A DNA stretch of 64,000 nt, from assembly GCF_018350175.1 (NCBI RefSeq), contig NC_058368.1:96164001-96228000 (forward strand). Reading direction: 5' to 3'. The notes below the pieces were generated by a model. That model did no database searches, was not told the DNA's origin, and worked only from the letters and a program-made list of their open reading frames with translations. The stretch comes from Felis catus (taxonomy: Eukaryota). The position numbers were made by a program, and so were the translations under genes. Shown here in pieces: positions 1-13,450 of this stretch; the stretch's first letter is position 1; every line of letters begins with the position of its first letter.

Positions 1-480
1 CCCTGGAACAGAAAAAGGACATTAGGTAAAAAATAAGAAAATCTGAATAAACTATGAACTTGAGTTCATAATGGCTTTTCAGTATTGGTTCATAAATTTT
101 GACCAAATTACTATATGTATGTAAGATGCTCACTATAGAGGAAACTGGGAGGGGAATACATGGAAACTTTCTTTATTATCTTCACAACTTTTATGTAAAT
201 CTAAAACTTTTCTTTTGTTAAGTTAATTTATTTATTATTAGGGAAAGAGAGCATGAGCATGAGCATGGGAGAGGCAGAGAGAGAGAGTGAGAGAGAGAGA
301 GAGAGAGAATGAATTCCAAGCAGGCTCCATGCTGTTAGCACAGAGTCCAATGTGGGACTCAAATTCATGAACCATGAGATTGTCATAACTGGACCCCAAA
401 TCAAGAGTTGGACGCTTTACGAACTGAGCCAGTCAGACACCCCTAGAACTATTCTAGTATAAAAATTTTTATTTCTAAAA
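1..480 (+). mobile_element. Old L1 (L1MC/L1MD-type) 3' UTR terminus, interrupted by a SINE at 213-443
   Basis: CCTGGAACAGAAAAAGGACATTAG...GTAAGATG...GGAAACTGGG...CAACTTTTATGTAAATCTAAAA resembles the recalled L1MC/MD 3' end; it resumes after the SINE. Confidence 0.75.
213..443 (-). mobile_element. Carnivore tRNA-derived SINE (SINEC)
   Basis: T-rich tail, (GA)n, CAAGCAGGCTCC, reverse tRNA head; imperfect TSD CTAAAACTTTTC/CTAGAACTATTC. Confidence 0.95.
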
Positions 481-2639
481 AGTAGCATAGAGTATGAAGA
501 ATAACTTTTAAGGAACACAGATTAACTTCTTCTAAATTGCTTCATTTTTATCAACATGATGATGAGAAATTTCATGGAAAGAGTAACTCTTAGCGAAGAA
601 ACAGACTGTTAACTATAGAGAACTGACAGTTATCAGAGGGTTGGTGGGTAAGAGCTTGGGGGGAAATTCAGAATGGAAATTAAAGAATACCCTTATCCTG
701 ATGGAAAAAAAAATGATAAAAAATAATAATGAATCTTATCCTAGCCACACACATTCACACATTTTTGTTATAGATCAATATCCAAATTTCTTCCTAATTC
801 ACTTGGCGGCGGAGGGGGGTGGGGGGGCAGGGTCCAGAAAGAATACCTCTTAGGATTCCAAACTAGAATTTGAATGATAGGCATAAGCGAATTGTAGGCA
901 AGAAGTTGTTCCAAACTGGAGGTGAGTTTTGGGAAATAGTTTGGATGAAATTTTTAAAATATGCTAAAATATTCAACATACAGAAGAAAGATACGAAATT
1001 TAACGACCATCTCTATTTTCAGGAATATACAAATATTTGAAGTGTGTAACTGGCAAATAAGATTTAGACAAATCTAAGCTTCACAGGTTTCTGGAAAAAG
1101 ATGATAGCGCTTTTCAGAGAAGATGTTAATGGATCTGCTGAATTCCGTTGGCACACTAGAGAAACTTCCTTGAGAAGGCTAAGCATTGTGAGATTAGCTA
1201 ATGTAATTTTATTTCTCCTATCCCAGAGATTTTCCTAACTTCTAAATCGAAGACTTATTTAAAGGTGCCGGCTTTTACATATCTTTGAAAACAAGGCATT
1301 TCATAACAACCCAAAGAATTTTTTCTCTTCCAGTAGTCATTATGTTTCATATTCTTTTCTTCATCAATAGATGAATTCACAGGGTATTTTATTTTCCTTC
1401 TTTGTTAGGCAGAGTTTGTCTGAAGTACTTCTTCGGTCTGACAATGAGAAATGGGTGGTGTCTCCTAACGTGGGATTTGCATCCTGCTGAAAAGCAATTG
1501 GTCTTGTACATTTCAGCTGAGCAACCTTGTCTCCATTAATTATGATTTTACTCTGAATTTCCTCAGAGGAAGGAAGGAGGGGTGTAAGAAAAGATCTATT
1601 GGGTTGACACTAAGCTTTTTCAAAGGTTTCTCTTTTCGTGACTATTGAAAAGTCCCAACTTTCTGACAGTCATGACTCTAAAAGAATCAGCACAAAGTGA
1701 CAGTGATACCTTTCACAAAGAAAATAATGAGAGCTTGCTAATTTTTGAGCAAGTCTTACCATATATGAAAGGATCATATTCCAGCAAGTAGTCACACTCA
1801 TACTTGTGGTTGATGATAAGACAGGCAGAGCTCTTTCTGGAAGGAGAGAATCTTGACAACCGTTGCAGCCAAATCCTTAAAATGGCCGCCAAACTTCTAT
1901 CTCCTAGTGACTAATTCTTACACAGATTTTTGCTTAAATATAGCATCATGAATGCACAGCTGCAGAGGATGTGCAAAACAGCCAAAATTGTACACATTGC
2001 AATCTGTGAGGGATTTTTTTTTCCCTTTCCTTTTTTGTCTGGGGCGTTGTTTCAAGCAACCATGTGGATGCTGTCTTTGGCAACCTGCCATTTTTCTAGC
2101 GCATTCATAAAACAATGGGAATGGCAGTACCTGGGTGCTGTTCACAAAGAGGCAAATAATGTGAAACAGCTGCTCTTCTATTGAAACCATTATCGAGTGT
2201 CAGTCTGAGAGATGAGCGGGCATTGGTTTGAGAATCGTTGATAAATAATGACAAAGTGGGCTTTCAAAGAAATGATCTGAGGTCCCTCTAGCATGTTTGC
2301 ATTGGAGCTGCCTCTGAAAGAGCTCTAGAAGAACTTTAAACGTCAGTTAGATATGCTCTAACATTGACTTTGGCACAAAATGTTAACAGCCATGTCCTTG
2401 TCAAGAAGAATATTCTACAGTGAATCTGGAGAGATCATGGTCCTTAGGGATGATAGTGTACAGGATGTGTATGATTGGGAACAGAGAAAGCAGGAATTTA
2501 CAAAGGTTCATAGACTATGAAGTAAAGGTTGGCTTTGTTGAAGGTAGAAATTACTAACCACATCATTTGATGACAGTTTTCCTGTGTGTGCGCATGTGCA
2601 TGTGCGCGAAATACCATTCTATCTGTGGCATATTTAGCG

Positions 2640-3560
2640 AATATTTTAGTAAACATTCATTACACCCCATCTCTCTTGCTATCTATGTGTTAGGCAGTGA
2701 ACTAGAAAAGAAAGTACAAAGAGAATGAAGCCTCAACATGCCTGCCCATATGGAGTTTATTTTTAATGAAGGAGACCGTGTTTCACATAGCGATACAGTA
2801 AATATAAGAGAGGTATGAACATCGCGTAATTCTTCCTTGTAAACTCCCAGTGTACCCACATTTCTCAGGAGGCACAAGAATAAAAAAGCTTCACAGGTCA
2901 GCAAGTTGACCAGATTGAGGAGCTAGGTGGAAGACTGGAGCAGGCTGTTTCAGGGGCGAATCATGTTATCGGCAAAGGAGGGATCAAACTACAAAGCACG
3001 GTATTTGAAAACAGTAGATTTGGAACAAAAAGTGGGTATGAAGCAGAAGGACACGGACATTGGAAAGGAGTGGGGGATAGCGAACTTTGTGTATTGTGCT
3101 GAGAGGTGTGGACTTGACTATAGGCCAGCATTGCCCTGTGTACCTGTGAAATAGTTCCCTAAAAATGCTCTGTTCGAAAAAATAAATAAATACACTTTTC
3201 AGTGGAAAAATGCATTAGTAAAACTGACCTACAACCCTGTCTTAGAGATTCACAATTCGTATTAGGAAGTAAAAGTCTTGAAGGAGAATAAGGATAAAGA
3301 AGACAGTTTAGGCAATCCTGAGCCAATGAAAAGACATAAAGCAAGGAAATGTGCTAATAGGGTTTATTTTGGGGAGCACATTGTTCCAGCATTGTGGAAA
3401 GTGAAGCCCAGTAAGGAAGACTGGGAGAAGGGAGCACTCTCAGGGAGTCTGTGCAACAGTGACAAGACTCTGAGAGGGAGAAGTAAAATAGGGATGGGAA
3501 GAGTCAGATATGTTTCTCAGGGGGAAAAAAAAGATCTTCTCATTGAGAATCATGGAGAAT
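2640..3560 (-). mobile_element. L2 LINE fragments (highly diverged)
   Basis: CTATGTGTTAGGCAGTG...CCTGCCCATATGGAGTTTAT and purine-rich blocks typical of antisense L2 3' region. Confidence 0.5.
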
Positions 3561-3637
3561 GTACATTTAAGAGCCTGTTTGCTTTGGGACTACAGTAAGT
3601 TTGGGGGAGGCGTATATTGCCATAGTGATGGTGGTAA

Positions 3638-3820
3638 AATTAGCTCTCATAAATTGAGCATCTATTCTTTGTTTCTCACCAGGATAGACGTTTTAAAAAT
3701 CATCTCATTTTCTCTTTACAACAACCCAGCTAAGTAGGCATGTTTGAGGGAAATGATCCTCATAAAAGTTAGGTAAGCTAACCCATGATCATATACTTAG
3801 CAACTAACAGAGCTATAATG
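3638..3820 (-). mobile_element. MIR SINE (diverged)
   Basis: ATTGAGCATCTA...ATCTCATTT...ACAACAACCC...GTAGG...AAGTTAGGTAAGCTAACCCATGATCATA follows the antisense MIR core. Confidence 0.55.
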
Positions 3821-4083
3821 TGGTGGGTTTTGTGATTCCAGAGATTCTGTGCTTGTAGCACTGAGACCGAGAGCACACTCTGGAGAAGAACTTGTACCTG
3901 GAAAGGGCACCTCCGTGCAGATGCAGATGGTGGCAAAGTCATGTTCATTAAGACCAACATCCCATTTGGGGATGAGAGTCTTTTAACCCTTATGTGGTCA
4001 TGCTCTAAAGACCAGAAAGTTTGGTGATAGCAATGGGGGGGGGGTTGGTTTGGGGAAGATGGATATTAGAAAATATAACGTGA

Positions 4084-4289
4084 GGGGCACGTGGGTGGCT
4101 CAATGGGTTCAGTGTCTGAGTCTTGATCTTGGCTCAGGTCATGAGCTCATGTTTTGTGGGATCGAGCCCCACATCGGGCTCTTCACTGAAAGCACAGAGC
4201 CCACTTGGGATTCTCTCTTTCTGTCTCTCTCTGCCCCTCCCTTGCTCATGCTGTCTGTCTCTCAAAATAAATAAAGTTAAAAAAATGAA
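4084..4289 (+). mobile_element. SINEC
   Basis: GGGGCACGTGGGTGGCTCA head, (CT)n, AATAAA tail; 16-bp TSD AGAAAATATA(A/G)CGTGA at 4068-4083 and 4290-4305. Confidence 0.97.
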
Positions 4290-6011
4290 AGAAAATATAG
4301 CGTGACTCTAAATACTTACAATGTTACCCTGTTTTCACAGAGACTATTCAGCCCATTCACGTAGGTAGGCCTTTACAGTTTTTTTCCAAAAACAGGATGA
4401 AGAATGGAGTCTTCTTAACAGCCACAGCTGATGGAGGGACGTCCGTGTGCAAGTGTTTGTGCATCTAACTTCCTGGTTTTGGATTTTCATTAAGTCTCTA
4501 ATTTCATCCAATTCAGATCAAATTATGAACTAAGTTGTAATCTAATTCCTCAGAGTCCAGCTATGGAATGCATAGTCATTGATGAGTATAGGTTGCAGCT
4601 GGAACCAGCACAGAGAGAGAAGCAAGTATGGAACACAGAAGGAGGATAGCCATTTCTGGATGAAAAAAATATATACATTCAAAGAGTACATGCTCAGTAG
4701 CAAATTTATAAAGAACAGACAGCATGATAAGAATGAAGTGTCAAGGGTAATTTTTCGTTCATCTGTCTATTCTACAAAATGAATTAGACACCTCGTGGGT
4801 GCCATGTTCTGTATTTAAGTCTGGGTGAGCTGAAATACACAAGACATAAATGTGTACATGGAGATGGTGATCTGATGATATTCCCTACCTAGCCCCTGAG
4901 GTAAAGATTGAAAAGGTATCCTTTCTTTCTTACCAGGGAATCCTTTCTAACATCTCACTTGATGGGCTCTTCAAGAGAGAGTAGGGATTCCATTATATGT
5001 GAGTGTGGCCATAACTGCCGAGCCTGATGGAGATCAGATTGCCCAGTGGCTTAGGAGATCCTGGAGCCAAGAACCCTTTCTGCTGGGTGTTTGTTACCGT
5101 ACACAGTGATTGTTGGGTGATTTTTGACAACAGCACAGAGCTTTTTGATGAGTAGATTTGCTCCTGTTAGCCTAGAACCACTGTCATTCTCTCCAGTACT
5201 TGGAGCAGTGTTTCTTGAATCCACCTCTTTGTGAGTGGAACTAGCTAAAGACATGGAAGTTGGAAGTGAAGGGAATCATTAATCTTGAGATGGTTATAGC
5301 CAAGTGAATGTAGACAGATGAGAGATTCAGAAGTCAAAAACATGTGTCTTAATGATAAAATTTGAAATAACACCATAAAACAGATTAAAGACAGTCGTCT
5401 AAAATACAATTAACTCTAATAAGTTGTTTATTATGAAACAGCTACACAAACTGTAAAACCATATTCTGGAAACTGAAGTCAGGGCATCACTTTCATGCAA
5501 GGATTAACACCGAGATGAAGCAGGCAGCTAATTTATAATAGTATTACAAACGATGTCTTTCTTGGGAGAAACACAGAAGGAGATGTCTCTTTCTCAGGTT
5601 CCAACACAGCTCTGGATAAGAAAAGAGCTCCTCCAGCAGAGAATACCCCTTAGTTCTTATTTGGCTGGAGATCAGGCCAATAATCCTGATTTTGACAGAA
5701 ATTCAGAATTTCCAGCCATGGAGAAGAGGAGGGAGACTTTTCACGCTCAGAGAATAATGAAAGAGCTTCTTGCAGTTACTGGCCAGGATGGTATAAGGCA
5801 GGTGTTTTTGTAGAGAGCTAAGGCAGAAGAAGAAAGATAAAAGTAATCAGACAGGAAGCCCCAAAGACAAACTAACTTCATTTCTAATACTGCAAGGAGG
5901 TCCAGGCTTGTATGTGGCCACAATAGCATGGCCACAATGGGGGAAGATGAACCACTTTTCTACCACCTTCTATGCAGACACCATGAACTGACTTAAAAAA
6001 ACTCAGCTCCA

Positions 6012-6257
6012 GGGGCGCCTGGGTGGCGCAGTCGGTTAAGCGTCCGACTTCAGCCAGGTCACGATCTCGCGGTCCGTGAGTTCGAGCCCCGCGTCAGGCT
6101 CTGGGCTGATGGCTCGGAGCCTGGAGCCTGTTTCCGATTCTGTGTCTCCCTCTCTCTCTGCCCCTCCCCCGTTCATGCTCTGTCTCTCTCTGTCCCCAAA
6201 AATAAATAAACGTTGAAAAAAAAAATTAAAAACAAAAACAAAAACAAAAACAAAAAA
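6012..6257 (+). mobile_element. Very young felid SINE (SINEC_Fc type) with (AAAAAC)n tail
   Basis: GGGGCGCCTGGGTGGCGCAGTCGGTTAAGCGTCCGACTTCAGCCAGG with CpGs intact, A box and GTTCGAGCC B box; TSD core CTCAGCTCCA on both sides. Confidence 0.98.
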
Positions 6258-7749
6258 CCCTCAGCTCCAAAAGAGAAAAAACCATTCTATTTGTGCTGAG
6301 AAATCTTGAAGGATTGTAAAATCACAAAATTTGAAAAACACAAGCATTTTAGCACTGGGGTCTGAAAGAAAATAAGAAAACAAAGTTGATCACCCAGTAT
6401 GACCCTTTTCCTTGGGATGGCAGCATTATAATCTTGGAACTGATTAGATTAATACTGATCTTCATGGTAGTTTCATTTTAAAATGTCAAACTAGGGTCAA
6501 GGAGCAAACTGTCTTCTTTGGCAAGTTTATTCTTGATAACATTTTATAGCACAATGGTGAAACAATTAGTCATGAATCCCAAGTTATGTATATTTGAAAT
6601 ACATGCCAAATCATTGAACTGTTTTTTTTTAATAGTACATAAATACTAAAACACAAAACAAAATAAAGCACAAAACTTTAATACCTGGTCTATTTCCTCT
6701 GCATGAAAACACTCTCCTGTGGGACATTGCCACGGTAAATATATTTCATCCACATTCAGAAAGACGTACCATGTGCGTAACTAAATCAGGATTTTGAGTA
6801 GTTTCAACACACAAGTTTTTCTCTCTGCTTTTCTATCTTTACTCCATCTCTGAATCCACTTACCTGGATTGAAGCTTAAGAAAGTTTGAAATCGTTACTC
6901 AAATCCCTAAATGATCCTATCTGAATTGACCTCAATGAGAGTGAGACACAGCAACTGAGGCGAACATTGCCCAGTCCAGGATTTGGCCAGAAGTTCTGGA
7001 TTTCCTTCATTCACACCAGCCAAAGGAGGGTTTCTCCCAACCCTTCTCTTCACAGCCACTAAAACCCAATGCAGACTCAAATCCCCCCAACATGTCCCTC
7101 CCCTTCCTCTCTCCACCATGTAAGTCCTTGGATATTTCCTTCAGGGATAAATGCTGGAGGATTTTAGGAGCTAATTGTCACCAATACTTGAAGTGTAATC
7201 ATAGTGATAAAGGGCGAGTGTTTGGCCTTTATAGTTTTCTAAAGTGCCTATATTGAAAGCATGAAGTATGGTTCCAGAAACGCTGGAGAGTGGATACTTG
7301 TGCTTTCTACTTGATTCTCATGAGGGCTTTTCAGTTCTAATGCTTATTTTGCAAGATTAATGCAGGCTATAGTCACTACAGTCAAACTTCAGCACTTGAC
7401 CACACTTCAGACTTAAAGTCCAGAAGAGAAAAGAATAATTGGACATTTAAAATATAGAGTAGGTAATAATGCTTTTTGACAGCTTATAGTGCTGATCACC
7501 AACCAAAATGGCTTGTTTAAAAAAAATATCATTTTATTTGAACTTTCAAATTATTCTTCCTATAAGCACAAAAGATGTGGGCACAAGATGTACTCCACTT
7601 CCAGTATCTGTGGATCTGGGTAGCCACTGTGCTTATAGTTATCTCTAGCAGGGAATCCCACCTACCTATTCTTGCTTTTATGGTTATGTCGGCTATCAGA
7701 ATGATTTCCACCAACCTCTCAGACTGCAGTAAAAACAGGCTACAATACT

Positions 7750-7963
7750 GGGGTGTCGGGGTGGCTCAGCTGGTTAAGTGCTGGATTCTTGATCTCTGCT
7801 CCGGTCATGATTTCACGGTTTGTGACTTTGGGCTCCACGTTGGACTGTGCTCTGATGGCACAGAGCCTGCTTGGGATTCTCTCTCCCCCTCCCTCTCATC
7901 CCCCACTTGCGTCCATGCTCTCTCTTTCTTAAAATAAGTAAACTTTAAAAAATGAAAAAAAAA
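7750..7963 (+). mobile_element. SINEC
   Basis: GTGGCTCAGCTGGTTAAG head, GAGCCTGCTTGGGATTCTCTC, A-rich tail. Confidence 0.95.
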
Positions 7964-9756
7964 TGAAATGGTCATCCCCTCAAAAAAGGGAAATTCTCAG
8001 TGGTAAATAAGTAAGCCTAGTCTTCCAGTGAGAGCACCATATTCCCTGCTTGAAAGATTTCCCTGGCTTCTCACAATGACAACAAAAAATGCATCCTGCT
8101 TTTGTTTTTTTCCCAAAGCCCCCTGGCCCCACCTGAGAGGATATTTATCATATTTAAAGTAAAGTTGCTATGAGTTGCTATGCCCATTCTACCGCTGAGA
8201 CTTGGAGAACACTCTAAAAACCACTGCAATTTCAGGGGAACACCACTGAGACTTTTAATGAAGATTTTTTTTAACACCATGTGCCAAGAGTCAGGTCCAG
8301 CTGATACCAAGAAGTCTAACCCATTTCTCCCTAATAGGCTCACGCTTCTGTTCCAATAATCGTGTGAGGTTCTCCTCACCCTGACAAAAACGGGGTTTTG
8401 TGAAGCTCTCTGCCTCAGACCAGGCTTCTGTCACGTCTCTTAGGTCACCTACTGATGTGCCATCATTGCATTTTTTCATCGAAAACCAACAAGATGCTAT
8501 TTATGTTTTCCTGGAGTGTTTGAAAGCACCTGTCTCTTCCTCAGGTTGCAAGATAAAAGATAAGCTTCAGAAAATCATTCTTTCTCTCCAGATACTTCCT
8601 TTTGTAAGTGACAATGTTTTGGGGATTGGGAATTAAATTTCAAAAGACAAATTGTTTTTTTTTTAAGTTTTGGGGTTTATTTCCATTCTTCCATAGGTTC
8701 ACTATTTAAAATGTTCACCGGAGGTCAGCTTTGAAATACTATGTTAGTTACTCCGTAGCTCCAAATCTGAAATGCTTTGACACTTTCATGATTCTACATA
8801 TCCCACACTTAAGTACAGAATTGTTTTTACTGAAAGAACTTTTAAATGTTCAGAGTTGGTGTGAGTCTGCTACTCTGACCCAGTGACACCCTTCCACTTG
8901 GAAAGAGCCATTCGGGGTTGACATGATTGACCTATGTTTCTGATAAGACATTCCAGTAGGAGGATTAATATTCTAAATAGATCTGATTTCTAAGGGCAGG
9001 AACTTCCATTGCTGGCAGTTATCTGGGAATGATTATACATATATTGGAAGTTTTACCCTGAGTTGTTTTTCTCAATCACAGAAGGACTATAAAAACCCAT
9101 TTAAACTGGTTTTAAATTTTTTCTATTAATATAAGAATAGAGGTTAAAAATGGGGTGACCTATTTGTTTTTGGTGTCTTGAGTTGACCGTAAAACAAACA
9201 GTAATAATTTCTAATCAAAGTTTTTCAGTGTGTTATACAACCAAGCAAATAAACAGCTCTGAGACCTTGGGAGCTGACTTTGAACTGTCATGTTTTAAGT
9301 AAAACCTACTTTTGCTATTGTCTTAAAATTAAACAATGACTTCTTTATATTCTACCAGAGGTGAATGTTCTAAAATTATTAATTCTTTCCCAATTAGCTT
9401 TAAAACACTTAGATCATTAAAAAAAATTAGTCCTTCCATAACCATAAATACGTATTTTATAAAATGATTTCTTCTGGAGGAAAATCCACAAAACACTTAA
9501 AACCTAGTCTTCCATCTAGTTTCAACAAGTGAAATAAAATGTATGGAGAGGTGGGAAAGAACCACATACTGAAATTTTCAGAAAGGAAAACATACATCAT
9601 TTTCATCGGATGTAAAGCGTAGATGTAGTACTCAGCCCCTGGCTCGAGAAAATAATACTTTACCAGTGTGGGGTGTGGAAGGGGGTCTGCAATTGCTGGG
9701 CTTGGAGTTAGGAGGACCTATGTGTGTTGCCTCAAAATGATTGACACACCTCATTT

Positions 9757-9979
9757 ATTTTTATTATTTTTTTAATTTTTTAAATTTGTATTTATTTTTG
9801 AGAGAGAAAAAGCACGAATCAGAGGAGGGGCAGAGAGAGAAGGACACACAGAATCTGAAGCAGGCTGCAGGCTCTGAGCTGTCAGCACAGAGCCCAATGA
9901 GGGGCTCGAACCCATGAGCCGTGAGATCGTGACCTGAGCCGAAGTCGGACACTTAACCAACTGAGCCACCCAGGCACCA
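9757..9979 (-). mobile_element. SINEC (felid type)
   Basis: Antisense SINE body; perfect 15-bp TSD TGACACACCTCATTT at 9742-9756 and 9980-9994. Confidence 0.97.
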
Positions 9980-10219
9980 TGACACACCTCATTTTGAAAA
10001 GCAAGTATGCCTAATGCTCATAAACACATGAATTCCTAGGAAAATACCAGAAGAAGGGAATCGAGTCTGCATTCACAATTCTTTGCAAAAACGTGTTTGC
10101 CAGGTAAACTGTTGCTGTAGCCAGGTTGCTGAGGGTGGCCACTGTGAGAGGGAAGCACAGCTTCTTAGGCTTTTTACCTACACTTGTCACTTTAGGGCAA
10201 TGATGAAAATTCAGTGGCA

Positions 10220-10424
10220 GGGGCACCTGGGTGGCTCAGTCCGTTGAGAGTCCAACTCTTGATTTCAGTTCAGGTTCATAATCCCAGCATCACGGGATCA
10301 AGTCCAGCGTCCATGCTCAGTGTGCAGCCTGCTTAAGATTCTTTCTCTCTCTCTCTCTCTCCATCTTCCCCTCTCCCCTGAACTCTGTCTCTAAAAATAA
10401 AAATAAATCTAAAAAAAAAATAAA
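10220..10424 (+). mobile_element. SINEC (older subfamily, GCTTAAGATTCT variant)
   Basis: GGGGCACCTGGGTGGCTCAG head, (CT)n, A tail; degenerate TSD GAAAATTCAGTGGCA/GAAATTTAGTGCCA. Confidence 0.95.
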
Positions 10425-10623
10425 GAAATTTAGTGCCAAACTGCTTTGAAGGAATACTGGGTTACATACAGATGTGGTCATTTTCGTGAACTTGGTTGTA
10501 CTAGTCATCAAAGTAAGGGAGATTAAACAAGATAATGCAAGATTTATTTTTAAAATTTTGTTCCAAACCAAAGCTTTAGTATAAATCTCATTAGCTTTCT
10601 TTACTCACCCAGATATACAAACC

Positions 10624-10669
10624 ATATACATATATATATGTATATATATGTATGTATATATGTATGTAT
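10624..10669. repeat. (TA)n/(TATG)n simple repeat
   Basis: Directly visible. Confidence 0.9.
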
Positions 10670-11669
10670 TCTGAAAGTCAGAAAGGTAGGAATTTCTCAT
10701 AACATTTATTTGGAAAAAAATTACATGCAGATCCCAAGCAAAAAAAAAAAAAAAAAAAAAACAAACCAAAACAAAATCCAAGTGAGCTGCTAAACCCTTA
10801 AGGATTTCTCTGTCACAGATTCTCCAAATCTCTATTCAGAATTTGGCAAGATATAACATGTAAACAGTAAATTACCTATGTCTGAATTTTTTTTTTTGGG
10901 CAGAGTCTGTCTAAAGGAAAGTAGTTTGATCTTTTCTGGGTCTGGCTGTTGAAATTTCAAATGTGAAAAGTAGCTCACTTTGTTCCCCTACTAAATATTG
11001 CTGGATATAGAAAGACTAATTAGCGGAGAGAAAATAAAGCCAAAAAAAAATGTTTAAAATGGCCTCTAGAAAGAAAGTATCCAGAATGACTGCATTCTTG
11101 CCAAGGAAGAATTTGACAAATTAAAGAATTTCTATACTTGATAGGCATATTAAACTAATTATAATAATTTGTTTGTAAATACTGTCTTCATCATGTCATA
11201 CGTGTTTACCTTACTGGCACTGTTCATACTATCTAATTCACAAGACTGATCATCCCCTCTATTCTCAGCTCTACACATCAACACACAGAATGGTGACTGC
11301 AGAGTTAAAGTCTGAGGATAGACTTATCGAGAATTAAAATGCAGTTACGAGAAACTGTCATCATGCACCCGGGAATTTCTAGAACAGTGATTTGAAATGC
11401 TCATTTCCATTGTTTTTCAAAGAATATTAACAATCAACAGAGCTGACATTGGATCAAAAAATAAAACACGATTTCTGTGGTTATATTTTTAGATAGAGAT
11501 TAATAGAGATAGATATGAAAATGGGCATAAATAGATACTGTGTGTTCTGGAAGAGTATTTTATTCACTGGGCTTTATACCTGTTAGGTGGTTGGAGTTGC
11601 GATTAGTGAAGCATGGAGCTGTGTTTGTCATAGAGACATAAGAGGGGTACTGAGGCACCATGGCATCCG

Positions 11670-11700
11670 CAACAACACCAACAACAACAACAACAAACAA
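11670..11700. repeat. (AAC)n microsatellite
   Basis: Directly visible. Confidence 0.9.
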
Positions 11701-13378
11701 TTCAGAATAATTGTAGGGGTTATCAGAGCACATATCTGCCAACAGTTCTCCAGGAACAGCTTAGTAAGAAAGACTCAACTCATTATCAGTTAGGCAAAAC
11801 CCCTGTGAACTTTCACTTTATATTAACTAATTTTAAAAGAAATAAAACTAACATTGTATGTATTTTTGTGTAGCAGAGGTCATTGCTGATGGAATAATGG
11901 TCCTGTTGTAAGGTAGCCTGAGTTCCCTAGGATGATCTCCTAAATATGTTCATGTCCAGACAGCCCTTTCCATGGAGAAGGCTGGACCAGCATGGTGAAG
12001 GCTGAGTATACTCTTCTCCCTTGGCTCATGACTCTAGATATGACCAGCATCCATACAAGGGTATAGGAGGTCATCAAAATATTAGAGGCTGATCAAAATT
12101 GGTCAAGTGAAAGAACTGAAATCAAAAGCAACCTGAGTATGTATATAAATTAGAAGATTGATGGTTTACCTGTTTGTTTCCTTTTCCCAGACCTTGGGGC
12201 AATAACGTCTCCTAAAATTGCATATCCCACTTACCAGCATCCCTCATGGAGCTCTGAAACATTGCTATTTCCCTTTTCTTAAAAAATAAACAGACAAGTT
12301 CTGCTTATTCCATAAAAACTCCTGCAGTTAATGTCTTTTACAAGTTTATTGAAAGATACTCTCTTTCAAAATGCCTGATAATCGTGGAAATATGTATATG
12401 GGGTGGGTATGAGTGTTCACACACGTGCATAACAGAACAGTGAACAGGAAACTCATAACCATGCTTACTTCTGGAGAGTCTGTTAAATGATGGAAGTAAC
12501 AGCACAGTAGCTGGTAATTAGCTGCTTTTTTGGTTCAGATGAGTATCCCCTTACCTTACTAGTCCTCACTTGTCCCTCTTCCAACCAGGTCTTTTGAAGA
12601 TCCCAGCAATGGAGGGTTGGCCCCTTTAGCATAGTAGGGGGCTCCAAAGGAGCCCCAAAGTTTGGCCAGCTTCAGATTTCCTCATCTGTGCCTTCATTTT
12701 CCTTTTCTTAGATAATTTGTAGATCACCCCTGGGCCTGCTGTGTTATTTGCGGCTTTATTTTGGGGGTGCTTATTGTATTAGGAATTGAACAGAAAACAA
12801 ATAAAAGGTGAGAAAGAGGATGAAAAGACAGGGGGATAATTGAACTGAGCATTCCTCTGTGTTTCTGATAGTTCTTTCCAAGCGTCCTGACTTATCATAC
12901 CATAGGCTTTAGTTCATTTTTTCTCTTCTACTTCTAACTGGGGCCCAGCCGGGAAATTTATCCTACATGTTTTCCTGGAAGACATAATCCTCACTGACAT
13001 TATCAATACTGGGAGCACTGCCCAGGGAGTGAGATTCAATATTAATTATTATTACTTATCGACCATTGACTGCGTACTCTGGATTCCTTAAAACACAGGA
13101 GACAAGATCTCTGGCCTGAGGGTGTGCATAAAGCTTCAATTAGTGAGACAAGAGAATTGAGCTGATACACGGGTAGGAGAGTCTGAGATGGTATTTCCTC
13201 TGCTGGCTGCCTAGTTATTTCTCATCACATAAGATTAAAACGTTGGCCAGGTCACGATTAATCTTGCTAGAGATCTCGGTCAAAGAGTTTATGAGCTTAT
13301 TGTTGTTTTTAACTTTTATTACATGTTTGGTTAGTTTTAAAGCCTGTCTACATCCTTACTTATAGGCAGCTTTTGTTT

Positions 13379-13450
13379 GTTTGTTTTTATATGAAATTTA
13401 TTATCAAATTGGTTTCCATACAACACCCAATGCTCATCCCAACAGGTGCT
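13379..13450 (-). mobile_element. Felid L1 extreme 3' end (~70 nt), part of a TSD-flanked chimeric insertion
   Basis: Reverse complement reads GCACCTGTTGGGATGAGCATTGGGTGTTGTATGGAAACCAATTTGATAATAAATTTCATATAAAAA, closely matching the + strand L1 end at about 40617-40686 in this window. Confidence 0.92.

Noticed and set aside
6012..6090. tRNA gene
   Set aside because: tRNA-like A and B boxes are the SINE head and continue into SINE body, tail and TSD.
12637..12656. Small hairpin GGGGCTCC-AAA-GGAGCCCC
   Set aside because: An 8-bp stem is plausible by chance in 64 kb.
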